NCBI GenBank assembly: GCA_963630025.1
Contig: CAVGKZ010000089.1
Span: 14-64,013, forward strand
Length of the DNA: 64,000 nucleotides
Source: a bacterium
GTDB lineage: Bacteria > Bacteroidota > Bacteroidia > Bacteroidales > Bacteroidaceae
Reading direction: 5' to 3'
Shown here: one piece after another, positions 1 through 9,148 of the stretch
How positions within the stretch are numbered: position 1 is the first letter of the stretch
Layout: every line of letters starts with the position of its first letter
Notes under the pieces: model-generated
Told to the model about the DNA's origin: nothing
The model's database searches: none
The model's input: the letters and a program-made list of their open reading frames with translations, nothing else
Made by a program: the position numbers and the translations under genes

Positions 1-66
1 GAAAGCCACCGCAGCAAATGCCACGAGGGGCAGCATCCTGCTCGCGTTGTAATTTCTGTATTTCAT
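1..66 (-). CDS. 5' end of a CDS that continues past the left edge (MKYRNYNASRMLPLVAFAAVAF..., signal-peptide-like)
   Basis: The reverse complement of 66..1 starts ATG AAA TAC and stays open to the window edge. A hydrophobic stretch follows basic residues. It lies 55 nt downstream of the 47-aa ORF on the same strand. Confidence 0.35.
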   Translation of the reverse strand, partial: MKYRNYNASRMLPLVAFAAVAF

Positions 67-121
67 GATTTTCCTTTCGGGTGATTGACGGTAAAACAAT
101 CGTTCGTGATTGCGGGAACAG

Positions 122-265
122 TTAGTCGTAGTCTTTAAGATTTTCCCCTTTCCCTTCTTCAAAGCCGGCGGTAGGGGTATATTTTTCACTGCCGGCGAGC
201 AAGCTCTCCTGAATCTCCATCACTACCACTCCAACGGAAGGGGCTACATAGTCTTTCTTGTTCAT
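122..265 (-). CDS. untracked small ORF, 47 aa (MNKKDYVAPSVGVVVMEIQESLLAGSEKYTPTAGFEEGKGENLKDYD), paralog of 833..1036
   Basis: Hand translation of the minus strand; the ORF is below the 60-aa cut-off of the track. It shares an N-terminal pattern and an acidic D[FY]D-type C-terminus with the 67-aa ORF. The start context is A/T-rich, and a TAacTTTG box lies 46 nt upstream. Confidence 0.45.
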   Translation of the reverse strand: MNKKDYVAPSVGVVVMEIQESLLAGSEKYTPTAGFEEGKGENLKDYD

Positions 266-310
266 AATAAGTTTTTTAATTGATTACGAAACGCAACGGT
301 GTATCTGCTG

Positions 311-318
311 CAAAGTTA
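311..318 (-). promoter_or_regulatory. candidate -7 promoter box (TAacTTTG on the minus strand) for the 47-aa ORF and the downstream gene
   Basis: The plus strand reads caaagtta, which matches the Bacteroides primary-sigma -7 consensus TAnnTTTG on the minus strand. Confidence 0.35.
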
Positions 319-600
319 AACGCTCTTCATTCATCTGCCAATAGGCCGACTCTTTATATTCGGGAAGAAATGATTTATTGATTTATGTCAAGCGTATGAA
401 AAAGGTCTTCCGTTAAAAGCACGGATGAATACCGTTGCCATCTTGGCCTCGAAGAGGCCGTATCTCAGTAACCCCACGTGAAGCGTAGCGGAACGTGGGG
501 CAATAACCTCTGCGCCATATTTCGGCTTCGAAGATGCCGCTACGCCCGAAGAAGACAATAAGAGCATTAAGCTCAATTTCACACAATTTGTACGGGCGAG

Positions 601-676
601 GACGCACGCGCCTACTAAGGCAGCCGTTGTGCCTGTTAGTCTCTGCACAGTTGGAAGGCTTAGTAGGTGCTGCGTC
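601..676. repeat. palindromic intergenic repeat, family C (gacgcacgcgcctactaag ... cttagtaggtgctgcgtc)
   Basis: Inverted arms at 601-619 and 659-676. The same arms recur at 3981-4089, 35111-35128 and 48633-48705. Confidence 0.7.
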
Positions 677-832
677 ATCGCTGCACCCGAATTTGCACAT
701 AAGTATACCACTCTTCACTAAAAAGAAAGAAGAGGCTGTCTTCGCGACAACCTCTCCCCCGAACCGGTTTCCCGGTTATATAAACTTACTTATTTACCGC
801 GATTTTTATACCGCTTTTGCTTGAGGTGGAAC

Positions 833-1036
833 TTAGTCCTCTTCGTCAAAGTCCCAAATGCCTCCGCCTTTCTTGGCGTTTATCTCATGCGTACCGTCAG
901 ACTGGCCTCCGAAACCGAATGGGTCGTTAAGCCCAGTGACAGAATTGATTTCATTGCCTGACGCTGCCATAAAAGCTGCTTCGCTCTGCAACACAATGAT
1001 GTTGGTTGTCGGTTTGATATATGCTTGTTTTTTCAT
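833..1036 (-). CDS. small hypothetical protein, 67 aa, Gly-rich with an acidic tail (..GGGIWDFDEED)
   Basis: ORF in the track with an ATG in an A-rich context. It starts 49 nt downstream of the 891-aa gene on the same strand. It is a paralog of the 47-aa ORF at 122..265. Confidence 0.55.
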   Translation of the reverse strand: MKKQAYIKPTTNIIVLQSEAAFMAASGNEINSVTGLNDPFGFGGQSDGTHEINAKKGGGIWDFDEED

Positions 1037-1085
1037 TGTTCTATAGTTTTTTATGCGTTAAACGTTAGTGTTGGTTTCGCCTTTG

Positions 1086-3761
1086 TTAGTCTACCACTAC
1101 CTTCTTGCCGTTGACGATGTAGAGACCCTTCTGCAGACCGTTGAGCGAAGTGGCGTTGCGCTTCACAATCTGTCCTGCAAGGTTATACACGTTGTACTTC
1201 ACAGCATTGGTCTTGGCTGCGTTCTGGATAGAGGTGAGATCACCAATTCCGTCAAGCGACATCACGAGCTTCGCGCCAGACGCTTTGTCCTCGTTGAGAC
1301 GGAAGATAGCGCGGAAGCCCTTGACTGTCTCGCCGCCCTTAGCCTGATAGAGTTTGTTGTCGGTGCTGAGGAAGTAGTCATTTTCTGTAACGGTCAGACC
1401 GCCCTTGCTGTAAGTTCCGACGAAGTTCACCAAGTCGTCTGTCACTGCCAATGAAGCAGTAGGAGCAACCACGTTGACACCTTCAGCCACAGCGAAGGTC
1501 AATGTCTTTGCCGGACGAATCAAGCAGGGAGTGTTGGCCTTGATAGCCACATTGTTGCCCTCACTGGTCGTGAAGCCGAGAGTGATGGTGTTGCCATCAG
1601 CCGTTGCACCTGTGTATGTTGCCGTCTTGGTGCCGCTACCGAAGAATGCCTGCACCTGCGAATATGTCATGTCGAACGGCAATACAACCGAGTTCCACTG
1701 ATAGGCAGTGAACGAACGCTTCACACCGACGTTAGCATCCGTAGCAGCTGTGATGGAGCTGTTTGCGCCGTCTTCATCGAGCACTGCCATGTCCGTAGCA
1801 GTGTATTTCACGTCCTTGAATGCGAGCCAGCTGATGGTGTTGCCGTCTGCAGCAGTGAAGTTGACGTTCAGGTTTCCGTCATCACCTACAAGACCGTAAG
1901 CCTTGGCATCACCCTTCAGATACAACTGTGATGAGCCTATATGGCTTCCGTCGCACACGTCAACCGAAGCTCCTCCGTTCACGTCCATCGAGATGCCCTT
2001 GACCTCAGTCTGGTTGTTGGACTTGCGCACACGCACATTGGCTGTCACCTCATACACCTTGCCTGCGGTCAGACCGCCGAGCGTGCCAGTCTTTGTTCCG
2101 GCAGAAAGCGTTTGTGCATCAGCAACCCACCACTCCACGAACGGAGTAACGAAGTTCGACCCGTCGGTGTCGCCTTCCACTGACCATGTGTTGATATTGA
2201 GAGAAGTGTCCGACCATGTGCTGCGGAGCACTGCCCACACATTGCGCTCAGCTTTCCAGCCACCCTTCACGTACGGGTCTTGCAGCTTGGCAATGTCTTC
2301 GTTAGTCAGAGTGCGCTCGTCATATCCCTTTTTCGGAGTCGTGTAGTCGTTAGCCTTGTATGTGTTGAGAGCATCTGCGGTATAGAAGTTGGTGCTGTTG
2401 ATGAACTTCTCCGCATTCGTGATGGCCGTATTGGCTGTGACGTAGCTTGCAATGGAGGCCGTGGCGTTTGCTGTGGCTGTGTTCAGTGCGACTGTAGCTT
2501 TAACCAAAGCGTCCTGGTCGGTCTCGCTAACGCTGCCATAAGAGGTCAAAGCCGTGGTCAAAGCCGTGAGTACATCCTTGTTCATCGGGCTTTCCTGGTT
2601 AACAGCCTTTGCAGCTGTGAGTGCTGTCTTGTATGCTGCGACATACTCTGAGAGGTCAACTTCGCCAAGATAAGACATTGTGAAGTTGTCGAAAACTATC
2701 CATGAAGATGAAGAGCTGGCATCTCTCAAACCGATAGTCATCGTGCCGTCGGATACAATAGCCTCCACTGTTATCTTGCCTTTGGTGCGGTCAGCAGACA
2801 AAGCCTGGGCGTTTGCAGCGAAATTTCCGCTCGTTGCAGTGTTGGCTGTCGTGGCTTTTGTGGAGCCACTGCTTGTTGCATAAAGTTCGGCAGTATAGGT
2901 TCCCGACTGTACTACCTGCACACTCACCTGATATTTTCCGTTGGGAAGATTGGTCAAAGTCTGGTTGAGGTCGAAAGAAGGCATGTGATACATCTCTACA
3001 GCACCGTTGCCATAGTTGTAGTTGCCGTTGCCGCCTTGTGTCTGATATGTAACTGTGCCCGACCAACAGCCGATTCGGTTATTGTGGTTTGCGTAGTCAA
3101 AAGTAGGATTATAAATGAGAGCAGTAGCGTCAATAGGAGATTCTGCGGTTGCACCGTCCAACAATTTGGCGTTGAACGTAGCCTTTGGAATACTGTAAAT
3201 CTGGAATTTCTGTCCTTTACCGGTATCGTTAGCTCCCAACTCGTTGCCTGCAGCAGGACTACCCTCCGTGTTGTTGTAAATACCCAAAGGACGGGTGTAT
3301 TGCGTACTGGTCAGTGACCATGCACCATCAGCATACGCCAAACTCAGGCCTGTCCAAGAAATGGAAGCATCCTGGTCGTTAGTGCGCCAACGAAGGTCGT
3401 TATTAGTGCCGCTCCATTCGGTCTGTAGCTGATAAGGGGTAAGGTTTAAGTTCCTCAAAGCATAGTTGCTTCCGTTTGCTTCAAGCATCCATACCTTGGC
3501 GAGGTCTTTAGTAAGGTCAGAAACTGACGCTTGGTAGAACATTGCATTTTTTCCATCTTGATTAGTGCTTGTAGCAAGTCCAAGCATCAAATCAGCGCCG
3601 TTGTCAACGAAAACATAGTAATTGTTTGCAATGTCGTCTTGAGAAATGGATGTGATTTTCGTCCATCCATCAGCTGTCGTAAGCAGACTCGTGTCTGCAA
3701 AAGTTGCATTGCCCCCCCCAATTAGGGCAGATAATGCCACGAAAAGTAACTGTTTTTTCAT
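1086..3761 (-). CDS. large secreted multidomain protein with a T9SS C-terminal sorting domain (probable cell-surface or secreted T9SS cargo; function unknown)
   Basis: N-terminal signal peptide MKKQLLFVALSALIGGGNATFA. The C-terminus ..KYNVYNLAGQIVKRNATSLNGLQKGLYIVNGKKVVVD fits the Por/T9SS type-A CTD pattern. The interior shows beta-rich lectin/CBM-like segments and an Ala-rich helical linker. Confidence 0.8.
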   Translation of the reverse strand: MKKQLLFVALSALIGGGNATFADTSLLTTADGWTKITSISQDDIANNYYVFVDNGADLMLGLATSTNQDGKNAMFYQASVSDLTKDLAKVWMLEANGSNYALRNLNLTPYQLQTEWSGTNNDLRWRTNDQDASISWTGLSLAYADGAWSLTSTQYTRPLGIYNNTEGSPAAGNELGANDTGKGQKFQIYSIPKATFNAKLLDGATAESPIDATALIYNPTFDYANHNNRIGCWSGTVTYQTQGGNGNYNYGNGAVEMYHMPSFDLNQTLTNLPNGKYQVSVQVVQSGTYTAELYATSSGSTKATTANTATSGNFAANAQALSADRTKGKITVEAIVSDGTMTIGLRDASSSSSWIVFDNFTMSYLGEVDLSEYVAAYKTALTAAKAVNQESPMNKDVLTALTTALTSYGSVSETDQDALVKATVALNTATANATASIASYVTANTAITNAEKFINSTNFYTADALNTYKANDYTTPKKGYDERTLTNEDIAKLQDPYVKGGWKAERNVWAVLRSTWSDTSLNINTWSVEGDTDGSNFVTPFVEWWVADAQTLSAGTKTGTLGGLTAGKVYEVTANVRVRKSNNQTEVKGISMDVNGGASVDVCDGSHIGSSQLYLKGDAKAYGLVGDDGNLNVNFTAADGNTISWLAFKDVKYTATDMAVLDEDGANSSITAATDANVGVKRSFTAYQWNSVVLPFDMTYSQVQAFFGSGTKTATYTGATADGNTITLGFTTSEGNNVAIKANTPCLIRPAKTLTFAVAEGVNVVAPTASLAVTDDLVNFVGTYSKGGLTVTENDYFLSTDNKLYQAKGGETVKGFRAIFRLNEDKASGAKLVMSLDGIGDLTSIQNAAKTNAVKYNVYNLAGQIVKRNATSLNGLQKGLYIVNGKKVVVD

Positions 3762-3980
3762 GTTGGATAGTGTTATAATAATGTTAGTTATATCTGTCAG
3801 CCTGTGCTGACCCGTTAGTTAATAGGTCTTAGGTGGCCGCTTCTTCACATTCCTATATGTATAGCCAGCGGCATACGTGCCAATCTCAATAGCACTTCGG
3901 CTACAAAATTAGCTTTTTCTATCAATAAAACAAAACGAAATATCATTTTTCTAAAAACTTTCCACTTTCGCAAGGGAAGG

Positions 3981-4089
3981 CTTAGTAGGCGCTGCGTCAT
4001 CGCTGCGCCCGAATTTAGGCTGCCGTACACGACTTAGCCAAGTTGATGCATTTTAGCCGAGGGGAGCGGGGACGCACGTCCCTACTAAG
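3981..4089. repeat. palindromic intergenic repeat, family C (cttagtaggcgctgcgtc ... gacgcacgtccctactaag)
   Basis: Arms at 3981-3998 and 4071-4089 with a 72-bp spacer. Flanking sequence (ggaagg.., ..gcagtcgttgtgcct) is also shared with the copy at 595-700. Confidence 0.7.
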
Positions 4090-4154
4090 GCAGTCGTTGT
4101 GCCTCATGTATGTCATCGACGAATTTAAAGCGAGAAACGCATAAAAATGGAGTT

Positions 4155-4252
4155 CAAAAAGATTGCATACATTTTTGCCAAAGATATATACATTCTTTGC
4201 CGAAAATGTATGCAATCTTTGGCAAGAATCGATATCGGCGTTTTTTTGAGCT
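4155..4252 (+). repeat. family B repeat: 3-4 tandem ~22-bp units (..aaaatgtatgcaatctttgcc..)
   Basis: gattgcatacatttttgcc / aaagatatatacattctttgcc / gaaaatgtatgcaatctttggc / aagaatcgatatcggcgttttttt. Homologous blocks lie at 38893-38982 and 57110-57182. Confidence 0.7.
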
Positions 4253-4375
4253 ACACAAAGTATTTGTACCTTCATGGTACAGGAAGCCATAATTGGACTA
4301 TGGCCGAATGGCTTCATTCAGAGAACCCGCCTTTAGGTTTTTCACCACAACGAGCTTACAACCCGATTTTTTATG

Positions 4376-4383
4376 TAATTTTG
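4376..4383 (+). promoter_or_regulatory. candidate -7 box TAatTTTG upstream of lptB
   Basis: Exact TAnnTTTG match 88 nt upstream of the lptB ATG. Confidence 0.35.
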
Positions 4384-4470
4384 CAACCTATATACAATAC
4401 GGTTACTACAACAAACATTTCGGCCCTTATATATAATAAGGTATAGGAATAAGGCATAAGAACAAAGTCT

Positions 4471-5295
4471 ATGGACGCAAACAACAACACGGCATTGGGC
4501 GAACAGCCTGTTGAGGGACAGATGGTGCTGCGCACCGAAGGCCTCGTGAAGCGATACGGCAAGCGCACGGTGGTCAACGATGTGTCGTTCGACGTGAAGC
4601 AAGGCGAAATCGTGGGACTGCTGGGTCCGAACGGCGCCGGAAAGACCACATCGTTCTACATGACAACAGGACTTGTCACGTCAAACGCCGGACATATATT
4701 CCTCGACCAACTCGACATAACCGACTACCCCGTATACAAACGCGCGCGTGCCGGCATAGGATACTTGGCACAGGAAGCCAGCGTGTTCCGCAAGATGAGC
4801 GTTGAGGACAATATCCTCTCGGTGTTGGAGATGACAGGCAAGCCGCGTCAGTATCAGTTGGAGAAGCTGGAAAGTCTGATAAAGGAGTTCCGACTGCAAA
4901 AGGTGCGCAAGAACAAGGGCGACCAGTTGTCGGGAGGTGAGCGCAGGCGTACGGAGATAGCCCGCTGTCTGGCCATAGACCCGAAGTTCATCATGCTCGA
5001 CGAACCGTTTGCCGGCGTGGACCCCATAGCCGTGGAGGACATACAGTATATCGTTTGGAAACTGAAATACCGCAACATCGGCATTCTGATTACCGACCAC
5101 AACGTGGAAGACACACTGTGCATCACCGACAGGGCGTATATGCTGTTTGAGGGACGCATACTGTTTCAGGGCACGCCCGAGGAACTTGCGTCGAACCAGA
5201 TAGTGCGCGACAAGTATCTGACAAACAGCTTCAGTCTGCGCCAAAAGGACTTTCAGACAATGGAGGAGCAACGCAGGGCACAGGAAATGGAGTAG
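4471..5295 (+). CDS. lptB: LPS export ABC transporter ATP-binding protein LptB
   Basis: Walker A GPNGAGKTT, signature LSGGERRR, Walker B IMLDEPFAGVD. Length and N-terminal block (LVKRYGKRTVVNDVSFDV) are typical of LptB. Confidence 0.85.
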   Translation: MDANNNTALGEQPVEGQMVLRTEGLVKRYGKRTVVNDVSFDVKQGEIVGLLGPNGAGKTTSFYMTTGLVTSNAGHIFLDQLDITDYPVYKRARAGIGYLAQEASVFRKMSVEDNILSVLEMTGKPRQYQLEKLESLIKEFRLQKVRKNKGDQLSGGERRRTEIARCLAIDPKFIMLDEPFAGVDPIAVEDIQYIVWKLKYRNIGILITDHNVEDTLCITDRAYMLFEGRILFQGTPEELASNQIVRDKYLTNSFSLRQKDFQTMEEQRRAQEME

Positions 5296-5381
5296 ACATT
5301 CGGAGGCCAAACGGCGGGAAACGGTTGACGTTAAAAATGCCAAAACATTACGCTATTACACCTTTTATCTTTAATTTTGTA

Positions 5382-5389
5382 ACCCAAAT
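5382..5389 (+). promoter_or_regulatory. candidate -7 box TAatTTTG upstream of tig
   Basis: Exact TAnnTTTG match 33 nt upstream of the tig ATG. Confidence 0.4.
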
Positions 5390-5421
5390 TTTGAATTATA
5401 ATTAACAACTTAATACCAAAA

Positions 5422-6789
5422 ATGAATATTTCTTTTGAAAATCCCGACAAAATCAATGGCCTTCTTACATTGACGATCGAAAAGGGAGACTATGAAAAGG
5501 ATGTCGAGAAGACGCTGAAAGACTATCGCAAACATGCCAATGTTCCCGGATTCCGCGCAGGAAACGCCCCTATGGGAATAATCAAAAGGCAATATGAGGA
5601 ATCAGTGAAAGCCGACGTTTTGAACAAGTTGGTAGGCAAAGGCATATACGACTATGTTCGCGAAAACAAGATACAGATGCTTGGCGACCCCATGCCCAAC
5701 GAGGAGAAGCAGAAGCAGCTCGACCTCAAAGGCGACGGACCTTTCGAGTTTGTTTATGACATCGCTGTGGCTCCGGAGTTCAAGGCAGAACTGACCGACA
5801 AGGACACTCTCACATATTATAATATAGAGGTTAGCGACGAGATTCTGAACCAGCAGGTGGATATGCTCCGTTCGCGAGGCGGCCACTACGACAAGGTTGA
5901 AAACTACGACCCCGAGCAGAAGGACATGCTGAAGGGCGACCTGCGCGAGCTTGACGCCGACGGCAACGCAAAGGAAGACGGAATCGTGGTAGAGGGTGCT
6001 ATATTGATGCCCGAATACATCAAGGTTGACGACCAGAAGAAGCTGTTCGACGGCACAAAGGTTGGCGACGTTATCACATTCAACCCCAAGAAGGCTTATC
6101 CCGAGGGCACTGCCGAAATCTCCGGCTTGCTGAAGGTGGACAGAGAGACGGCTGAAACCATCACCTCTGACTTCACATATCTCGTGACCGAAGTGCAGCG
6201 CTTCGTTAAGGCTGAACTCAACCAGGAACTGTTCGACCAAGTGTTCGGTGAGGGCGAAGTGAAGAGCGAAGAGGAATTCAAGCAGAAGATTTCTGATGAA
6301 ATCAAGAAACAGCTGGTTCACGACAGCGACTTCAAGCTCCTCGTAGACGTTCGCGAATATCTGGAAAAGAAGGTTGGCGAACTGACATTCCCTGACGCTC
6401 TGCTGAAGAAGATGATGCTCGCCAACAACAAGGACAAGGACGAGAAGTTCGTTGACGACAACTATGCCGAAAGCATAAAGGAACTGACCTGGCACCTGAT
6501 TAAGGAGCAGATTGTTGAAGCAAACGGCATCAAGATAGAGGACAAGGACGTAAAAGAGGTGGCAAAAGATGTGGTTCGCATACAGTTTGCACAGTACGGA
6601 ATGTCCAACGCTCCCGAAGAGTACATAGACAAGGTCGCCGACGACATGCTGAAGGAAGGCAAGAACACCGACCGCCTCATTGACCGTGCCATCGACGTGA
6701 AGCTGACCGAGGCCATCAAGAAGACTGTGACACTGAAAAATGAGTCAATCTCGGTTGAAGACTTCAATAAGATGATGCAGGAAAAGTAA
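5422..6789 (+). CDS. tig: trigger factor
   Basis: N-terminal ribosome-binding block ..VPGFRAGNAP... 455 aa, acidic. Conserved tig-clpP-clpX synteny. Confidence 0.85.
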   Translation: MNISFENPDKINGLLTLTIEKGDYEKDVEKTLKDYRKHANVPGFRAGNAPMGIIKRQYEESVKADVLNKLVGKGIYDYVRENKIQMLGDPMPNEEKQKQLDLKGDGPFEFVYDIAVAPEFKAELTDKDTLTYYNIEVSDEILNQQVDMLRSRGGHYDKVENYDPEQKDMLKGDLRELDADGNAKEDGIVVEGAILMPEYIKVDDQKKLFDGTKVGDVITFNPKKAYPEGTAEISGLLKVDRETAETITSDFTYLVTEVQRFVKAELNQELFDQVFGEGEVKSEEEFKQKISDEIKKQLVHDSDFKLLVDVREYLEKKVGELTFPDALLKKMMLANNKDKDEKFVDDNYAESIKELTWHLIKEQIVEANGIKIEDKDVKEVAKDVVRIQFAQYGMSNAPEEYIDKVADDMLKEGKNTDRLIDRAIDVKLTEAIKKTVTLKNESISVEDFNKMMQEK

Positions 6790-6842
6790 GCTTTTGCAGC
6801 AAAAAAACCTCACAAACCAAGGAGGTTGCCGACTTTTTTTAT

Positions 6843-6850
6843 TAACTTTG
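6843..6850 (+). promoter_or_regulatory. candidate -7 box TAacTTTG upstream of clpP
   Basis: Exact TAnnTTTG match 85 nt upstream of the preferred clpP ATG (6935). Confidence 0.35.
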
Positions 6851-6934
6851 TTCCTACGAACAGGGTAAATAAAGGAAAGGCCGACAACCTCCTTGTTATT
6901 TACCATACAAAACAGAAAGCAAAAATACCATATA

Positions 6935-7657
6935 ATGAACGACTTTAGAAAATATGCCACGAAGCATTTGGGCATAAACGGACTGGTGTTTGACGAGGTA
7001 GTAAGCACACAATCGGAGTACCTGAACCCGTATATTCTTGAGGAGCGCAAGCTGAACGTCACGCAGATGGACGTGTTTTCACGCCTTATGGCCGACCGCA
7101 TAATCTTCCTCGGAACCCAAATAGACGACTATACAGCCAACGTGCTGCAAGCACAGATGCTCTATCTCGACTCCAGCGACCCCGGCAAGGACATATCCGT
7201 ATATATCAACTCGCCCGGCGGAAGCGTCACTGCGGGACTTGGCATCTACGACACAATGCAGTTCATATCCAGCGACGTGTCAACCACCTGCACCGGCATG
7301 GCCGCCTCGATGGGAGCAGTGCTCCTCGTGGCCGGAACGGAAGGCAAGCGCTTTGCCCTACCCCACAGCCGCGTGATGATACACCAGCCGCTCGGAGGCG
7401 TGCAGGGACAGGCTTCGGATATCGAAATCGAGGCCAAGGAGATAATGAAGTTCAAGAAAGAACTGTATACCATCATAGCCGAACATTCGCACACGCCTTT
7501 CGACAAGGTGTGGAACGACTCCGACCGCAACTACTGGATGACAGCCGAGGAGGCCAAGGAGTATGGCATGATAGACAATGTGCTGGTCAAGAAGGGCAAC
7601 CCGTTTAGCGAAAGCGACGCAGCCGGCAGTGCAACTGACGACAAAACAGAAAAGTGA
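6935..7657 (+). CDS. clpP: ATP-dependent Clp protease proteolytic subunit ClpP
   Basis: Catalytic blocks [12 protein letters not shown] (Ser) and [10 protein letters not shown] (His). I prefer the ATG at 6935 (MNDFRKY..) over the track start at 6893. Confidence 0.9.
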   Translation: MNDFRKYATKHLGINGLVFDEVVSTQSEYLNPYILEERKLNVTQMDVFSRLMADRIIFLGTQIDDYTANVLQAQMLYLDSSDPGKDISVYINSPGGSVTAGLGIYDTMQFISSDVSTTCTGMAASMGAVLLVAGTEGKRFALPHSRVMIHQPLGGVQGQASDIEIEAKEIMKFKKELYTIIAEHSHTPFDKVWNDSDRNYWMTAEEAKEYGMIDNVLVKKGNPFSESDAAGSATDDKTEK

Positions 7658-8913
7658 TGAAAAAGGTTTGCAGCTTTTGCGGACGCGATGAGAAAAAGGT
7701 CAGTCTGCTTATAACCGGCATCAACGGCTACATCTGCGAGGAGTGTGCTGTGCAGGCATACCAGATAGTGCAGCAGACGATGATGCTCGCCGGAGAAGAC
7801 GCTGAAGAAGAAACCGCACTAAGCAAGGGACAAGGCAAGGGACAGAGCAAGCCCAAGAAAGTGCCCAAGCCTATGGAGATAAAGGCGCATCTGGACCAGT
7901 ATGTCATCGGGCAGGACGACGCCAAACGCCATCTCGCAGTGGCGGTGTACAACCACTACAAGCGTCTGCAGCAGCCGTCCGACCCCGACGGCGTTGAGAT
8001 AGAGAAGAGCAATATAATAATGGTGGGCAGCACCGGTACGGGAAAGACCCTTCTGGCACGCTCCATCGCCAAGTTGCTCGATGTGCCGTTTACGATAGTT
8101 GATGCCACGGTGCTCACCGAGGCTGGCTACGTGGGCGAAGACGTGGAGAGCATTCTTTCGCGTCTGCTCCAGGTGGCCAACTACAACGTGCATGCGGCTG
8201 AACGCGGCATCGTGTTCATCGACGAGATAGACAAGATTGCGCGCAAGAGCGACAACCCTTCCATCACGAGAGACGTGAGCGGCGAGGGCGTACAGCAGGG
8301 ACTGTTGAAACTGCTGGAGGGCACCATGGTCAACGTGCCGCCTCAGGGAGGCCGCAAGCATCCCGACCAGGAGTACATACACGTGGACACGCGCAACATA
8401 CTGTTCATCTGCGGCGGTGCATTCGACGGCATAGAACAAAAGATTGCCCAGCGCATGAACACCCACACCGTGGGCTACAACTCGGTGCAGAACGTGCGCA
8501 AGATAGACAAGAACAATCTCATGAAGTATATCATGCCGCAGGACTTGAAGTCGTTCGGACTCATTCCGGAGATAATCGGTCGTCTGCCGGTGCTGACATA
8601 CTTGCATCCGCTCGACAAGGAGGCTTTGAGACGAATCTTGTTTGAACCCAAAAACTCGATAGTAAAGCAGTATATCAAACTGTTTGAGATGGACGGCATC
8701 AAGCTGACGTTCAGCGACGAGGCTCTCCAACTGATTGTCGACAAAGCAGTGGAATATAAACTCGGCGCACGCGGCTTGCGCTCAATAGTAGAGACAATAA
8801 TGACCGACGCCATGTTTGAGGCTCCGTCAAAGCGGGCAAAGACTTTCAACGTGACACTCGACTACGCACGTCAGCAACTGGACAAATCCAACCTTCAGAG
8901 CATGGGGGCTTGA
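7657..8913 (+). CDS. clpX: ATP-dependent Clp protease ATP-binding subunit ClpX
   Basis: N-terminal zinc finger CSFCGR..CEEC, Walker A GSTGTGKT, Walker B FIDEIDK. The ATG overlaps the clpP stop (TGATG); the track start at 7654 is a GTG. Confidence 0.9.
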   Translation: MKKVCSFCGRDEKKVSLLITGINGYICEECAVQAYQIVQQTMMLAGEDAEEETALSKGQGKGQSKPKKVPKPMEIKAHLDQYVIGQDDAKRHLAVAVYNHYKRLQQPSDPDGVEIEKSNIIMVGSTGTGKTLLARSIAKLLDVPFTIVDATVLTEAGYVGEDVESILSRLLQVANYNVHAAERGIVFIDEIDKIARKSDNPSITRDVSGEGVQQGLLKLLEGTMVNVPPQGGRKHPDQEYIHVDTRNILFICGGAFDGIEQKIAQRMNTHTVGYNSVQNVRKIDKNNLMKYIMPQDLKSFGLIPEIIGRLPVLTYLHPLDKEALRRILFEPKNSIVKQYIKLFEMDGIKLTFSDEALQLIVDKAVEYKLGARGLRSIVETIMTDAMFEAPSKRAKTFNVTLDYARQQLDKSNLQSMGA

Positions 8914-8944
8914 TTGTACTGTGTAAGACGGTTCGATAATTATA

Positions 8945-9140
8945 TGGGTGGTTCTATAAATTAGCTTTGGCAGATTGTGAGTCTATTTTTGTGAACAATG
9001 TGTCTGTGAGTGAAAGAGTATAGCGAGCTATACGACTGAACGAACAGACAGATTGGACCCAAAAGAGGCCACAAGATGACAAAACGTAAATCACCCAACA
9101 TTAAACAAACATTACGGTGGTAATTTACAGAACCACCCAT
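8945..9140. repeat. MITE-like imperfect palindrome, family E (terminal inverted repeats atgggtggttctataaatt / aatttacagaaccacccat)
   Basis: The 19-bp terminal inverted repeats have 1 mismatch. The centre is the palindrome gtatagcgagctatac. No ORF. It is related to 11393-11563. Confidence 0.65.
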
Positions 9141-9148
9141 GAGGTTAT

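Noticed and set aside
388-824. Tracked ORFs lying wholly in repeat-filled spacers: 388-711, 413-718, 534-824, 3845-4030, 4015-4317, 4110-4292, 4147-4446, 38818-39087, 38880-39206, 48879-49265, 57109-57294, 57143-57421 (apart from its last 27 codons).
   Set aside because: They overlap each other on both strands and are built from the family B and C repeats or the B12 riboswitch. They have odd compositions and no start signals. Copies of the same repeat elsewhere do not preserve the reading frames.
6818-6895. An 11-bp perfect inverted repeat (caaggaggttg / caacctccttg) spanning the tig-clpP spacer.
   Set aside because: The 56-nt loop includes the likely clpP -7 box, there is no similarity to the other repeat families, and it is a single occurrence. 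It could be chance or a weak structure and is not worth a separate call.
6893-6934. Upstream alternative starts given by the track for clpP (6893), mfd (24721), crcB (26990), nadB (28641), dacB (28718), the esterase (36819), lptD-like (41697), MFS (47301), btuB (49226) and btuC (53668).
   Set aside because: The internal ATGs give canonical N-termini or signal peptides, or follow a TAnnTTTG box. The extensions cross promoters, repeats or the riboswitch.
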